The notes beneath the pieces were generated by a model. That model ran no database searches. It was not told the origin of the DNA and saw only the letters and a list, made by a program, of their open reading frames with translations. The position numbers were made by a program, and so were the translations under genes. Below are positions 1 through 6,985 of a stretch of 32,000 nt of DNA, one piece after another (position 1 is the stretch's first letter; the number at the start of each line of letters is the position of its first letter). Source of the DNA: Candidatus Lokiarchaeum ossiferum (GTDB lineage: Archaea > Asgardarchaeota > Lokiarchaeia > Sigyniarchaeales > Promethearchaeaceae); the NCBI GenBank assembly GCA_025839675.1, contig CP104013.1, positions 3,480,001 through 3,512,000 on the forward strand, read 5' to 3'.

Positions 1-1058
1 ATAATTTACTCACTGGGATCATGGGAAATATCAATTTATTACAAATTGATGACACAAATCCATCGAATCTAGATATTTTGAATGATTTGAAGCAAGCCAC
101 AGAACGAGCAAGTGACCTTACTAAACAAATACTCACCTTTTCAAAGGGGGGGGCTCCCATCCAAAAAATTCAACAAATTGTACCTCTTCTCCATAATTCA
201 ATTAATTTAATCACTCGGGGTGGAGAAGCAAAAGTAATCGTGGATATAGAGCCCGATCTTCCTAATGTGAATGTTGATGCAGGTCAAATTGGGCAGGTAT
301 TTGATAATATTTTAATCAATGCTATACAAGCAATGCCTTCAGGGGGTGAAATTTCAATCAAAACTGAACTCCTCCATCATGATGAATTTTATGAATACCC
401 AATTCCGGCAGAGAAGTATATAAAAATAACAATATCTGATACTGGAGAAGGGATTCCAGAACAATTACAGCAGAACATTTTTCAGCCCTATTTTAGTACA
501 AAATCGAAAGGTAACGGATTAGGGTTGGCTACAGCATACTCTATTATTCGGAAACATAATGGTTTTTTAACTTTTAATTCTTTTCCCAGACAAGGAACCC
601 AGTTTTTAATATTTATTCCAACCATTTCTTCAGAACTCTCCTTAATTACTTCTGAAGCATCAGAACTCTCATTTCATGAATGTAAAGTTCTGATTATGGA
701 CGATGAGCATCTCGTGCGCAAAACCTTAAAAAAAATGCTTAACAAATTGGGGTGTACTGTAGAAATGGCCAAAGATGGGGAAGAAGCTCTCCAGAAATTT
801 CAAGATCATGAAAATCAGTCTTCTCCTTTTGATGTTGTCTTTCTTGATCTAATTGTTCCTGAAGGAATGGGAGGTGAATTAACAGTAAAATTATTAAAAA
901 AACAAAAACCATCTGTTAAAGTGGTTGTTTCCAGCGGATTTTCTCAGGATCCTATTTTAGCAAACTATAAAGAATATGGTTTTGATGGAAGATTGAATAA
1001 ACCATATCATATTGAAGATTTACAAAAGATTATTCAAGAAATGAATTCGAAAAAGTAG
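1..1058 (+). CDS. Hybrid sensor histidine kinase, C-terminal part (HATPase_c catalytic domain plus C-terminal receiver domain). The 5' end lies outside the window.
   Basis: ORF 21..1058, and the frame stays open back to nt 3 (NLLTGIMGN, typical of the segment just after an H-box). ATP-lid motifs are present: N-box DNILINAIQA, G1 DTGEGI, G2 GNGLGL. A CheY-like receiver follows (LIMDDE, FLDLIVPEGMGG, SSGF, NKPY). Confidence 0.85.
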   Translation, partial: NLLTGIMGNINLLQIDDTNPSNLDILNDLKQATERASDLTKQILTFSKGGAPIQKIQQIVPLLHNSINLITRGGEAKVIVDIEPDLPNVNVDAGQIGQVFDNILINAIQAMPSGGEISIKTELLHHDEFYEYPIPAEKYIKITISDTGEGIPEQLQQNIFQPYFSTKSKGNGLGLATAYSIIRKHNGFLTFNSFPRQGTQFLIFIPTISSELSLITSEASELSFHECKVLIMDDEHLVRKTLKKMLNKLGCTVEMAKDGEEALQKFQDHENQSSPFDVVFLDLIVPEGMGGELTVKLLKKQKPSVKVVVSSGFSQDPILANYKEYGFDGRLNKPYHIEDLQKIIQEMNSKK

Positions 1059-1064
1059 ATATAA

Positions 1065-1946
1065 TTAGAGAGGTTTCCTCAATCTCACAATTAAATTGTC
1101 CGGTACGGATATTGTATGAACTAAATGTTCGCATTTTTGTAGAATTTCTGAATTTGCAAAGGGTTCATCCAAAAACTCTAAAATAAATCCTGCATTTATC
1201 CCGTACATCATCCAAGTTGTCAGCATCTTATGATTGTGAAATGTTTGAGTTCCTTTTAAAGATCCATTATTCCAATTAACTACAACTTTTCCTTCCGATG
1301 TGTAATTTCCAATTTCAATGGCCTTCGATACTCCATTTGCGTCCCGTACATGTTTTCGATGTGAGGAACTTGCAAAACACGGATGCACTATAGAAAATTG
1401 AAAGAATCCGCCTGGTTTGAGCACCCGATAAGCCTCTTGTATCGCCTTTTCTGGATGATCCATATCCATCAAGCACATGAAAGCCAGAATAAAATCATAG
1501 CTATTCTCTGGAAAACTGAGATGCTCGGCATTTTCAACAAAATATGTGATATGGTGAGATTCTTGTGATTCTTTTTTCCGTGCATGGTTTATCATCACCG
1601 GTGAAATATCGCAAGCATCCAAATTAATTCCATCGGTCAATATCTTACGTGCAAGCATTCCTTCCCCACAACCAACTTCCAATCCTTTCATCCCAATTTC
1701 CAAAGAGGGAAGTGCTTCCACAAATCGAGGAAGATTTAGAAAATCACGATGAATATTTTTCCCGGATTCATTGAAGGAGATCCATTCAGCTGCGATCTCT
1801 TCCCACTTGCTTGGTTCTTGCCAGTTTGATTCCTTTGGGTTCATAGCATACATGTAAGGGATAAATGATTTAAAAATATTCTCTAGAGTATAAGAAAAAT
1901 TACTAAAAAAGACGTTATTCAATAAATTTGATACTATAAGAATCAA
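1065..1946 (-). CDS. Class I SAM-dependent methyltransferase. The true start is probably the internal ATG at 1844 (MNPKESNWQ...).
   Basis: Motif I LEVGCGEGMLA, an acidic residue after beta-2 (LDACDIS), and motif-IV-like DFILAFMCL and LKPGGFF. The first ~34 codons of the long ORF are low-complexity and run into the AT-rich upstream region. Confidence 0.75.
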   Translation of the reverse strand: MILIVSNLLNNVFFSNFSYTLENIFKSFIPYMYAMNPKESNWQEPSKWEEIAAEWISFNESGKNIHRDFLNLPRFVEALPSLEIGMKGLEVGCGEGMLARKILTDGINLDACDISPVMINHARKKESQESHHITYFVENAEHLSFPENSYDFILAFMCLMDMDHPEKAIQEAYRVLKPGGFFQFSIVHPCFASSSHRKHVRDANGVSKAIEIGNYTSEGKVVVNWNNGSLKGTQTFHNHKMLTTWMMYGINAGFILEFLDEPFANSEILQKCEHLVHTISVPDNLIVRLRKPL

Positions 1947-2203
1947 TTCTTAACACAATTTCTAATTCTTTCAGTTTTTGATGTTTTTTTTAGTATATGG
2001 AGTTTTATGCTAATGGAAAAAAAGACTATTAAATCATAGAAAATAAATAATAAAACTGAATTGTATGTTAATGGAAACCACATTGCATTAGCAATATATC
2101 AGGATTTCTAACTTCTTCATAATTTGGAATTAATCTTGCAATAAATAAATAGTAAAAATGATGGAAAAAGGGAAAAAATGTAGATTAAAGCCTTTTAATG
2201 TGA

Positions 2204-3520
2204 TCAATTTATTTTTTTGAAGGTCATATTATCATAAATCACATTTATCAACATCATTCCAACAACTGCGATACCCAAGAGTGCCACTGCCCAATAGGAA
2301 CTGATAGTAATCCCGAAGAGAGAAAGAAGGTCGTGATCCAGAAATGATGTCGCAAGTAATGGGGTAAAAATTTCCCCTAAGGATTGAATTGATGTGCTCC
2401 ATCCGGATACTTGCCCTTGTTGATCTTCAGCAACCGCCTTCGTTAAATTTGTGTTAATGATTGGGCGTAAAAGTGCAGATCCCAAAGTAAAGGGGATGAC
2501 AAATAAGATATATAATATCCAAGGAGCGGTTGCTAAACCATAAATGACCATTCCAATCCCCAACAAAATGACACCAGTCACCATTAGTTGCTGATTGGAG
2601 AATTTTTTAGTTAACATAGGCAAGATTTTCGTGATGCAAATGATATTAATAATTGCAAATTCAGCATTTAACCATCCAATGGCTGCAGGATTGGCACCAA
2701 AACGATAATTCATGATGATCGCATTCGTTGAAATAAATACTTGGAAGATTACAGTAAAAAGGAACGTTTCAAGTAATCGAATAACAACTGCTTTATTAAA
2801 AATACTATCCTGTTGTCCATTATTTAAAGTCTTTAATTTGGTTCGTTGAAGTTGTAAATCGAATCGTCTTTGTTGGGGCATTGTTTCACGTAATAGTTTT
2901 ACTGTTAGGATTATAGAGATAACACTTAATGCTGCCGTGAGGTAGGCAGGAATTCGCCAGTTGGAGTTTCCTAAAACGCCTCCTAAAACAGGTCCAATAA
3001 TTAAGCCCAGCATTGAAACTCCCATTATAGTTCCCATGTCTTTTGTACGGGTTTCTGGCGTGGTAACATCGGAAATGATCGATCTAATTACCGGAAATTG
3101 GCCTCCGAAAATTCCATCAATAATTCGGGAAAGGATTATAACCTCTACACTTTGGGCCGTGGCGAGCACGATAAAAGCACTTAAAGTACCAATCTGGTTT
3201 ATAATTAAAATTGGTTTTCGCCCATATTTATCAGATAAAGAACCCCAAATTGGACCACAGATTAACGCGGTCAACGAATTCGCGGCAGTTATGATCCCAA
3301 TCATAAAAGCTGTAGCCCCAAAATCAGAAGCAATGGAAGGTAAAATGGGAAGGATCAAAGAAAAACCAAACATATCTATTAATATTGCTAGGGAAAGAAA
3401 AGAGAGAAGGGATTTCTTATTAATATTATAACGGTTTAGTTTTTCTTCTTGTAAATCTAATGAAATTTCAGCGGAAGGGATGAATTTTTGGGTATTTGTT
3501 TCTGTTTGAATCTCTGCCAT
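2204..3520 (-). CDS. Major facilitator superfamily (MFS) transporter.
   Basis: About 12 hydrophobic segments. MFS loop 2-3 signature GPIWGSLSDKYGRKP (G-x-L-x-D-x-x-GR-K/R). The ATG at 3520 (MAEIQTE...) is preferred over the track start at 3631 because 3521-3631 carries the promoter/operator-like repeats. Confidence 0.85.
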   Translation of the reverse strand: MAEIQTETNTQKFIPSAEISLDLQEEKLNRYNINKKSLLSFLSLAILIDMFGFSLILPILPSIASDFGATAFMIGIITAANSLTALICGPIWGSLSDKYGRKPILIINQIGTLSAFIVLATAQSVEVIILSRIIDGIFGGQFPVIRSIISDVTTPETRTKDMGTIMGVSMLGLIIGPVLGGVLGNSNWRIPAYLTAALSVISIILTVKLLRETMPQQRRFDLQLQRTKLKTLNNGQQDSIFNKAVVIRLLETFLFTVIFQVFISTNAIIMNYRFGANPAAIGWLNAEFAIINIICITKILPMLTKKFSNQQLMVTGVILLGIGMVIYGLATAPWILYILFVIPFTLGSALLRPIINTNLTKAVAEDQQGQVSGWSTSIQSLGEIFTPLLATSFLDHDLLSLFGITISSYWAVALLGIAVVGMMLINVIYDNMTFKKIN

Positions 3521-3541
3521 AAGGATCACATTCTTAATATT

Positions 3542-3634
3542 ACTGACACAATGTGTCACATATTTTTTAAGGTAACATTTACATATAAATATTGTGTCGC
3601 AATGTATCACATTATGAAACTTTGTAGTCACAAA
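3542..3634. promoter_or_regulatory. Putative operator cluster in the divergent MFS/RHH intergenic region. It has three copies of a TGT-n-TCACA motif, two of them inside longer imperfect palindromes.
   Basis: A perfect 7-1-7 inverted repeat TGACACA-A-TGTGTCA lies at 3544-3558. A related 19-mer TGTGTCGCAATGTATCACA lies at 3593-3611; it matches site 1 at 13 of 16 aligned positions and the centres are 51 bp apart. A third element, TTTGTAGTCACAAA, lies at 3621-3634. Confidence 0.5.
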
Positions 3635-3682
3635 GCTTTAACTTCATTAACATTTGTTTTAAAATAAAAAAGGTTGGGAAAA

Positions 3683-4276
3683 ATGGTCACAGATAAAGAA
3701 TCACATTCTATGGGATTACGTTTGGATTCAGAAACTTACCAAGAGATTGAAACACTCTCGAAAAAGTTTGAGGTAAATAAAAGTCAAATTATCAAAATGG
3801 CAATTCACCGATTTCATGCATCGGAAATGAACGATTTTTCTTCACAACAAGTATTATTTGACAAAACTACATTTCGGAGAGTTTTTGAATTTCTGGAACC
3901 GGCTCAAATTGAATCATTGGGGATTCAAAATGCACAGAATCATATAATCAAAATTCGTAAAAGATTGATGCAGAAAATTCAGAAAAGTGGTTCCGATGGG
4001 GGATTGGAAATATTTCTCTCCAAATTCAATTTGATTCTCTCCAAAAAGCATTTGAAGTGGATTGAATCAATAAAATGGCAATTTCTTACCACTCATGAAT
4101 TATTACTTTTTATCAACCATGATATCAATACCAATTTTTCTCTTTTCATGAAGGTGCTTTTCAAACACATTCTCCACCAAGTTTTTAGTTCCGAGATCAT
4201 GGAAGATAAATCAATCATGGCAGAAAATCAGCTTGAATTGCATTTTAAGCTTTCAGAAAAAAAAGATAATAAGTAG
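3683..4276 (+). CDS. Ribbon-helix-helix (CopG/Arc/MetJ-like) putative transcriptional regulator with a ~150 aa C-terminal domain of unknown function.
   Basis: N-terminal MGLRLDSETYQEIETLSKKFEVNKSQIIKMAIHRF fits the RHH pattern (beta strand, helix, helix). It is divergent from the MFS gene across the repeat-bearing intergenic region. The start is ambiguous: TTG 3674, ATG 3683 or ATG 3710. Confidence 0.55.
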   Translation: MVTDKESHSMGLRLDSETYQEIETLSKKFEVNKSQIIKMAIHRFHASEMNDFSSQQVLFDKTTFRRVFEFLEPAQIESLGIQNAQNHIIKIRKRLMQKIQKSGSDGGLEIFLSKFNLILSKKHLKWIESIKWQFLTTHELLLFINHDINTNFSLFMKVLFKHILHQVFSSEIMEDKSIMAENQLELHFKLSEKKDNK

Positions 4277-4350
4277 AATGAGTTTTCTAGTAACATAGTT
4301 TTAAACAATTTGTTTTTATTCCTTATTCTTTTTATATTGATAAAATGGGA

Positions 4351-4830
4351 TTAAGATATTAAACCGTAGATACGTTGATGATAATAATTATCGTGCATGG
4401 AAATTGGATCTAATGATTGATTTTTATCAATAGATACGCTTGAAATTTCCCCTACTTTATCAATACAGGGTTTTTGGGCTAAATCAACTTCGCCATCTAA
4501 CAAACTAACAATTGGTTTTTTGTATGGAGATGCATAAATTTCTTTCAAACGATAAGGTTCTTGATGAAAGATTAAACGCGCTTCTTCATGAAGAATTGGA
4601 AATTGTTTGATTCTAAGATCCCGTCGGATCATCTCCTGCATGATTTCTTCCACTATTTCGAGATCATGATTGTTTAGCAATGATTTAACTTCAAAATCAT
4701 ATGAGAATTTATTTTTTCGGTCAACGTCACATTTAACGATACGTGCGCTTGGATAGATTTTCTTTACTGCTGCCATTAATAGTACAGCCCCGCTTTGTTC
4801 AATAGGAAGGTTATTTTTCATGAGTTTCAC
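4351..4830 (-). CDS. Free-standing ThrRS N2 / AlaX-like (tRNA_SAD-type) editing-domain homolog with the HxxxH motif not conserved.
   Basis: It aligns by eye to E. coli ThrRS residues ~70-240: KFSYDFEV vs GFYYDVDL, HEEARLIF vs WHEARETF, and C-terminal HQRIYGLIS vs LQRIYGTAW. The position of HSCAH reads QSGAV, and the CxxxH position reads CIDKV. Confidence 0.6.
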   Translation of the reverse strand: MKLMKNNLPIEQSGAVLLMAAVKKIYPSARIVKCDVDRKNKFSYDFEVKSLLNNHDLEIVEEIMQEMIRRDLRIKQFPILHEEARLIFHQEPYRLKEIYASPYKKPIVSLLDGEVDLAQKPCIDKVGEISSVSIDKNQSLDPISMHDNYYHQRIYGLIS

Positions 4831-4968
4831 TTTGAATTTTGTTTTTTTTTAAAAAAAGGATAAAATAGGTACACGGTGAATGAAGAAAACCCCGAAAATC
4901 AAAAGATCATATCATTACAAAAATCCTCATTTAAGTTAAAAGTAGATTTATCATGATTCTCCTCAAGT

Positions 4969-5040
4969 CACCTGATCTAGCAAGTACCTACGGATGTGTA
5001 ATGGTCAGAAGACCATGCCCGGTAGTTAACATCAGAGGTG
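4969..5040. other. Relatively G+C-rich structured island in the long intergenic region. It is a candidate small ncRNA, and it alternatively overlaps a 31-codon ORF at 4953-5048.
   Basis: The closing helix is CACCTGAT (4969-4976) with ATCAG-AG-GTG (5031-5040). An internal perfect hairpin is ATGGTC-AGAA-GACCAT (5001-5016), flanked by CTACGG/CC-g-GTAG pairing. Strand and function are unknown. Confidence 0.25.
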
Positions 5041-5347
5041 GAGTTTGAATCATGAGTATCACAATAATGATAATTGGAATTAATAGTAAACCATTCCAAT
5101 CTATGTTAAGTAACATATATTAATTCTAATATTTAAATATGATGAATAATTTCTCCGGAAATATGATATTGGCTGATCTAATTTGCATTAGAATATGTTA
5201 AAATTAGAAAACAACTTACAATGCCACAAATTCTCCTAATGAGAAAAATCAGTATTGCTCACTACTACGCAAAATTTGGTTTAGAATAAGAAGCACATCA
5301 AGAAAAAAGACTATTTTTTCAAAAAATCTCCTGTTATTCTATCCGAA

Positions 5348-5379
5348 CTCACTACGGGGCAATTTCCCGACGTAGTGAG
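5348..5379. other. Strong hairpin (9 bp + GA bulge + 3 bp, 6-nt loop) with an upstream competitor copy of its 5' arm.
   Basis: CTCACTACG (5348-5356) pairs with CGTAGTGAG (5371-5379). GGG (5357-5359) pairs with CCC (5366-5368). GCTCACTAC also occurs at 5257-5265 and is complementary to 5372-5380. Confidence 0.3.
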
Positions 5380-5622
5380 CTAACAAGTAACTCCGAATCG
5401 AAAACGAGCTTGAAACATATAATATCAGCATTGATCTAGAGCAAAGATTGCAATATAAAGTTGGTGACTTCCATTGATGCTCATTATTGGAAAAAGCGAG
5501 AATCGAATAAAAAAAAATTTTAATTCCTGAAATCTTTCCCGAGTAGACGAGATGAATGAAAAATCTTTATAACTCAAAAAAATTATAATTTCATACTTAA
5601 AAAATAGTTTCCAATCTGCTCA

Positions 5623-5725
5623 GGGAGCGTAGTCTAGCTTGGTATGATACCACGTTCGGATTCATAGATAGATTTATCTGTTTCGAAACACGTGGTGGTC
5701 GAGGATTCAAATTCCCCCGCTCCCA
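5623..5725 (+). tRNA. tRNA-Pro (anticodon CGG) with a 29-nt intron (5661-5689) at the canonical 37/38 position. CCA is not encoded.
   Basis: Acceptor stem GGGAGCG/CGCTCCC with discriminator A. D arm GTCT-AGCTTGGTA-TGAT. Anticodon stem CCACG/CGTGG with loop TTCGGA|intron|A. Variable loop TGGTC. T arm GAGGA-TTCAAAT-TCCCC. The bulge-helix-bulge has a central helix TTCG (5655-5658) with CGAA (5684-5687), 3-nt bulges GAT and ACA, and an inner intron hairpin ATAGATA/TATCTGT. The mature length is 74 nt. Confidence 0.8.
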
Positions 5726-5728
5726 CTA

Positions 5729-5734
5729 TTTTTT
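5729..5734 (+). terminator. Oligo-T tract immediately after the tRNA, a likely archaeal intrinsic termination signal.
   Basis: TTTTTT begins 4 nt after the discriminator base. Confidence 0.4.
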
Positions 5735-5862
5735 ATAATAATCAAAATTGTTATAAAATGGGTTTAAAAAAAAGGTTTAAGTGAACCGATAACCCGCTTA
5801 TTTAAGGATGAAGGCAATATTCTGGTTTAAGCCTCGATGCTTTAGTAATTCAGCATTATTCA

Positions 5863-6954
5863 TTAATTTGGGATGAATGAAGTATCCTTTGTAATCTTCT
5901 TGATTACGGCAACCGACAATTTCACAATCGCATCCACATCATTTAAATTGACAACTTCCGACATAGAATGCATATAACGGTTTGGAATTCCAATTAATGA
6001 GGTGGCTACTCCAGATCGAGAAAGATTTATGAAATTTGCATCAGTTCCAGTTCCCCGAGGTTCGGCAATGATTTGCACGGGCATCTCCATTTCTTGTGCT
6101 ATTTTGATTACGAGATCATAGAGTTTTGGAGCCATATTGGGACCTCGGGCAATGATTGGACCGCCGCTTAATTTGGAAATGCCTTGATCCTTTTCAGAAA
6201 TTGAAGGAGTATCTGTCGCGAAATCTACATCATACACGAAACTGATGTCAGGATCTACACCATAAGCACTAACTTTGGCTCCCCGCAATCCTACTTCTTC
6301 TTGGGTGGTAGAGACACCATAAACAGCGGCATCGAATTGTTCCCCTTTCAAATGTCGCAAAATTTCGGCGACAATAAAAGCTCCAATTTTATCATCGAAA
6401 CATCGTGATACAACATCCCCCTTGTTTCCCAATTTTTCATAGTAGAAGTCAAAAATGATTGGATCCCCAATGCGAATTCCAAGATCTTCAACTTCTTCTC
6501 GAGATCGAGCTCCAATATCAATGTATTGATCCTTGAGTTTTATTACTTTCTTACGTTCTTCAGGTTCTTGCAAATGGATGGCTTTTTTTCCCATGATTCC
6601 AATGATATCACCTTTGTTAGTTAAAATTTTCACGCGACATGCAGGGAGTAGATGGGCGTCTAACCCGCCAATCTGATGGACATAAATATATCCTTTTTCT
6701 GTGATATACCTTACTTGTAGGCCAACTTCGTCGACATGCCCTGCAAGCATAATTTTGGGTGATCCAGTAGGATTCACAATTCCAATTGCGTTTCCCAAGA
6801 TGTCAGTACGAATTTCGTCTACATATTCTTTAATATATGCTCGGAACAAACGTTGAGCAGGTTCTTCTGAGCCTGATGGGCTAGGAGCATTTACGAATTC
6901 TTCTAGGAATTGTTCATTAATTGTAAGTTTGTTTTCAGTCATTGACAAAATCAC
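5863..6954 (-). CDS. M42 family metallo-aminopeptidase (TET/FrvX-type), paralog 1.
   Basis: Metal-ligand motifs: AGHVDEVG, CFDDKIG, TTQEEVGLRG, YDVDFA and NRYMHS. Length is 363 aa. Confidence 0.9.
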   Translation of the reverse strand: MILSMTENKLTINEQFLEEFVNAPSPSGSEEPAQRLFRAYIKEYVDEIRTDILGNAIGIVNPTGSPKIMLAGHVDEVGLQVRYITEKGYIYVHQIGGLDAHLLPACRVKILTNKGDIIGIMGKKAIHLQEPEERKKVIKLKDQYIDIGARSREEVEDLGIRIGDPIIFDFYYEKLGNKGDVVSRCFDDKIGAFIVAEILRHLKGEQFDAAVYGVSTTQEEVGLRGAKVSAYGVDPDISFVYDVDFATDTPSISEKDQGISKLSGGPIIARGPNMAPKLYDLVIKIAQEMEMPVQIIAEPRGTGTDANFINLSRSGVATSLIGIPNRYMHSMSEVVNLNDVDAIVKLSVAVIKKITKDTSFIPN

Positions 6955-6985
6955 TTCTTGGTAATAAAAAAAAGGAAGAATTTCC

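Noticed and set aside
2961-3431. 156-aa plus-strand ORF inside the MFS gene. Similar antisense or out-of-frame ORFs occur at 1383-1568, 7110-8075, 8882-9127, 9811-10068, 11718-12084, 13447-14108, 15244-15830, 16205-16441, 17199-18191, 24038-24489, 26183-26471, 27943-28158, 30805-31002 and 31568-31783.
   Set aside because: Each lies wholly within a longer ORF that has clear family motifs. Their translations are low-complexity or proline/serine-rich shadows with no motifs, which is typical of antisense frames.
3521-3631. N-terminal 37-codon extension of the MFS ORF (track start at 3631).
   Set aside because: The extension (MTTKFHNVIHCDTIFICKCYL...) is Cys/aromatic-rich and not MFS-like. It coincides with the palindromic repeats and AT-rich promoter-like sequence. 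The ATG at 3520 gives a normal MFS N-terminus.
5036-5051. Inverted copy of the tRNA T-arm sequence: the reverse complement GATTCAAACTCCACC versus tRNA GATTCAAATTCCCCC (13 of 15). It could be an att-site remnant of an integrated element or a second tRNA.
   Set aside because: No cloverleaf can be built around it on either strand. The orientation is inverted rather than direct, as integration would leave. No integrase or other mobile-element gene is nearby.
5139-5176. Possible box C/D sRNA: ATGATGA (5139-5145) ... CTGA (5173-5176).
   Set aside because: Only 38 nt separate the box ends. That leaves no room for the C-guide-D'-C'-guide-D layout (about 50 nt or more). There is no convincing D'/C' pair and no terminal stem.
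5348-5390. Hairpin followed by ACA (5383-5385) as an H/ACA guide RNA.
   Set aside because: The internal loop is only a 2-nt GA bulge, so there is no pseudouridylation pocket. The upper stem is 3 bp, and the ACA spacing does not fit.
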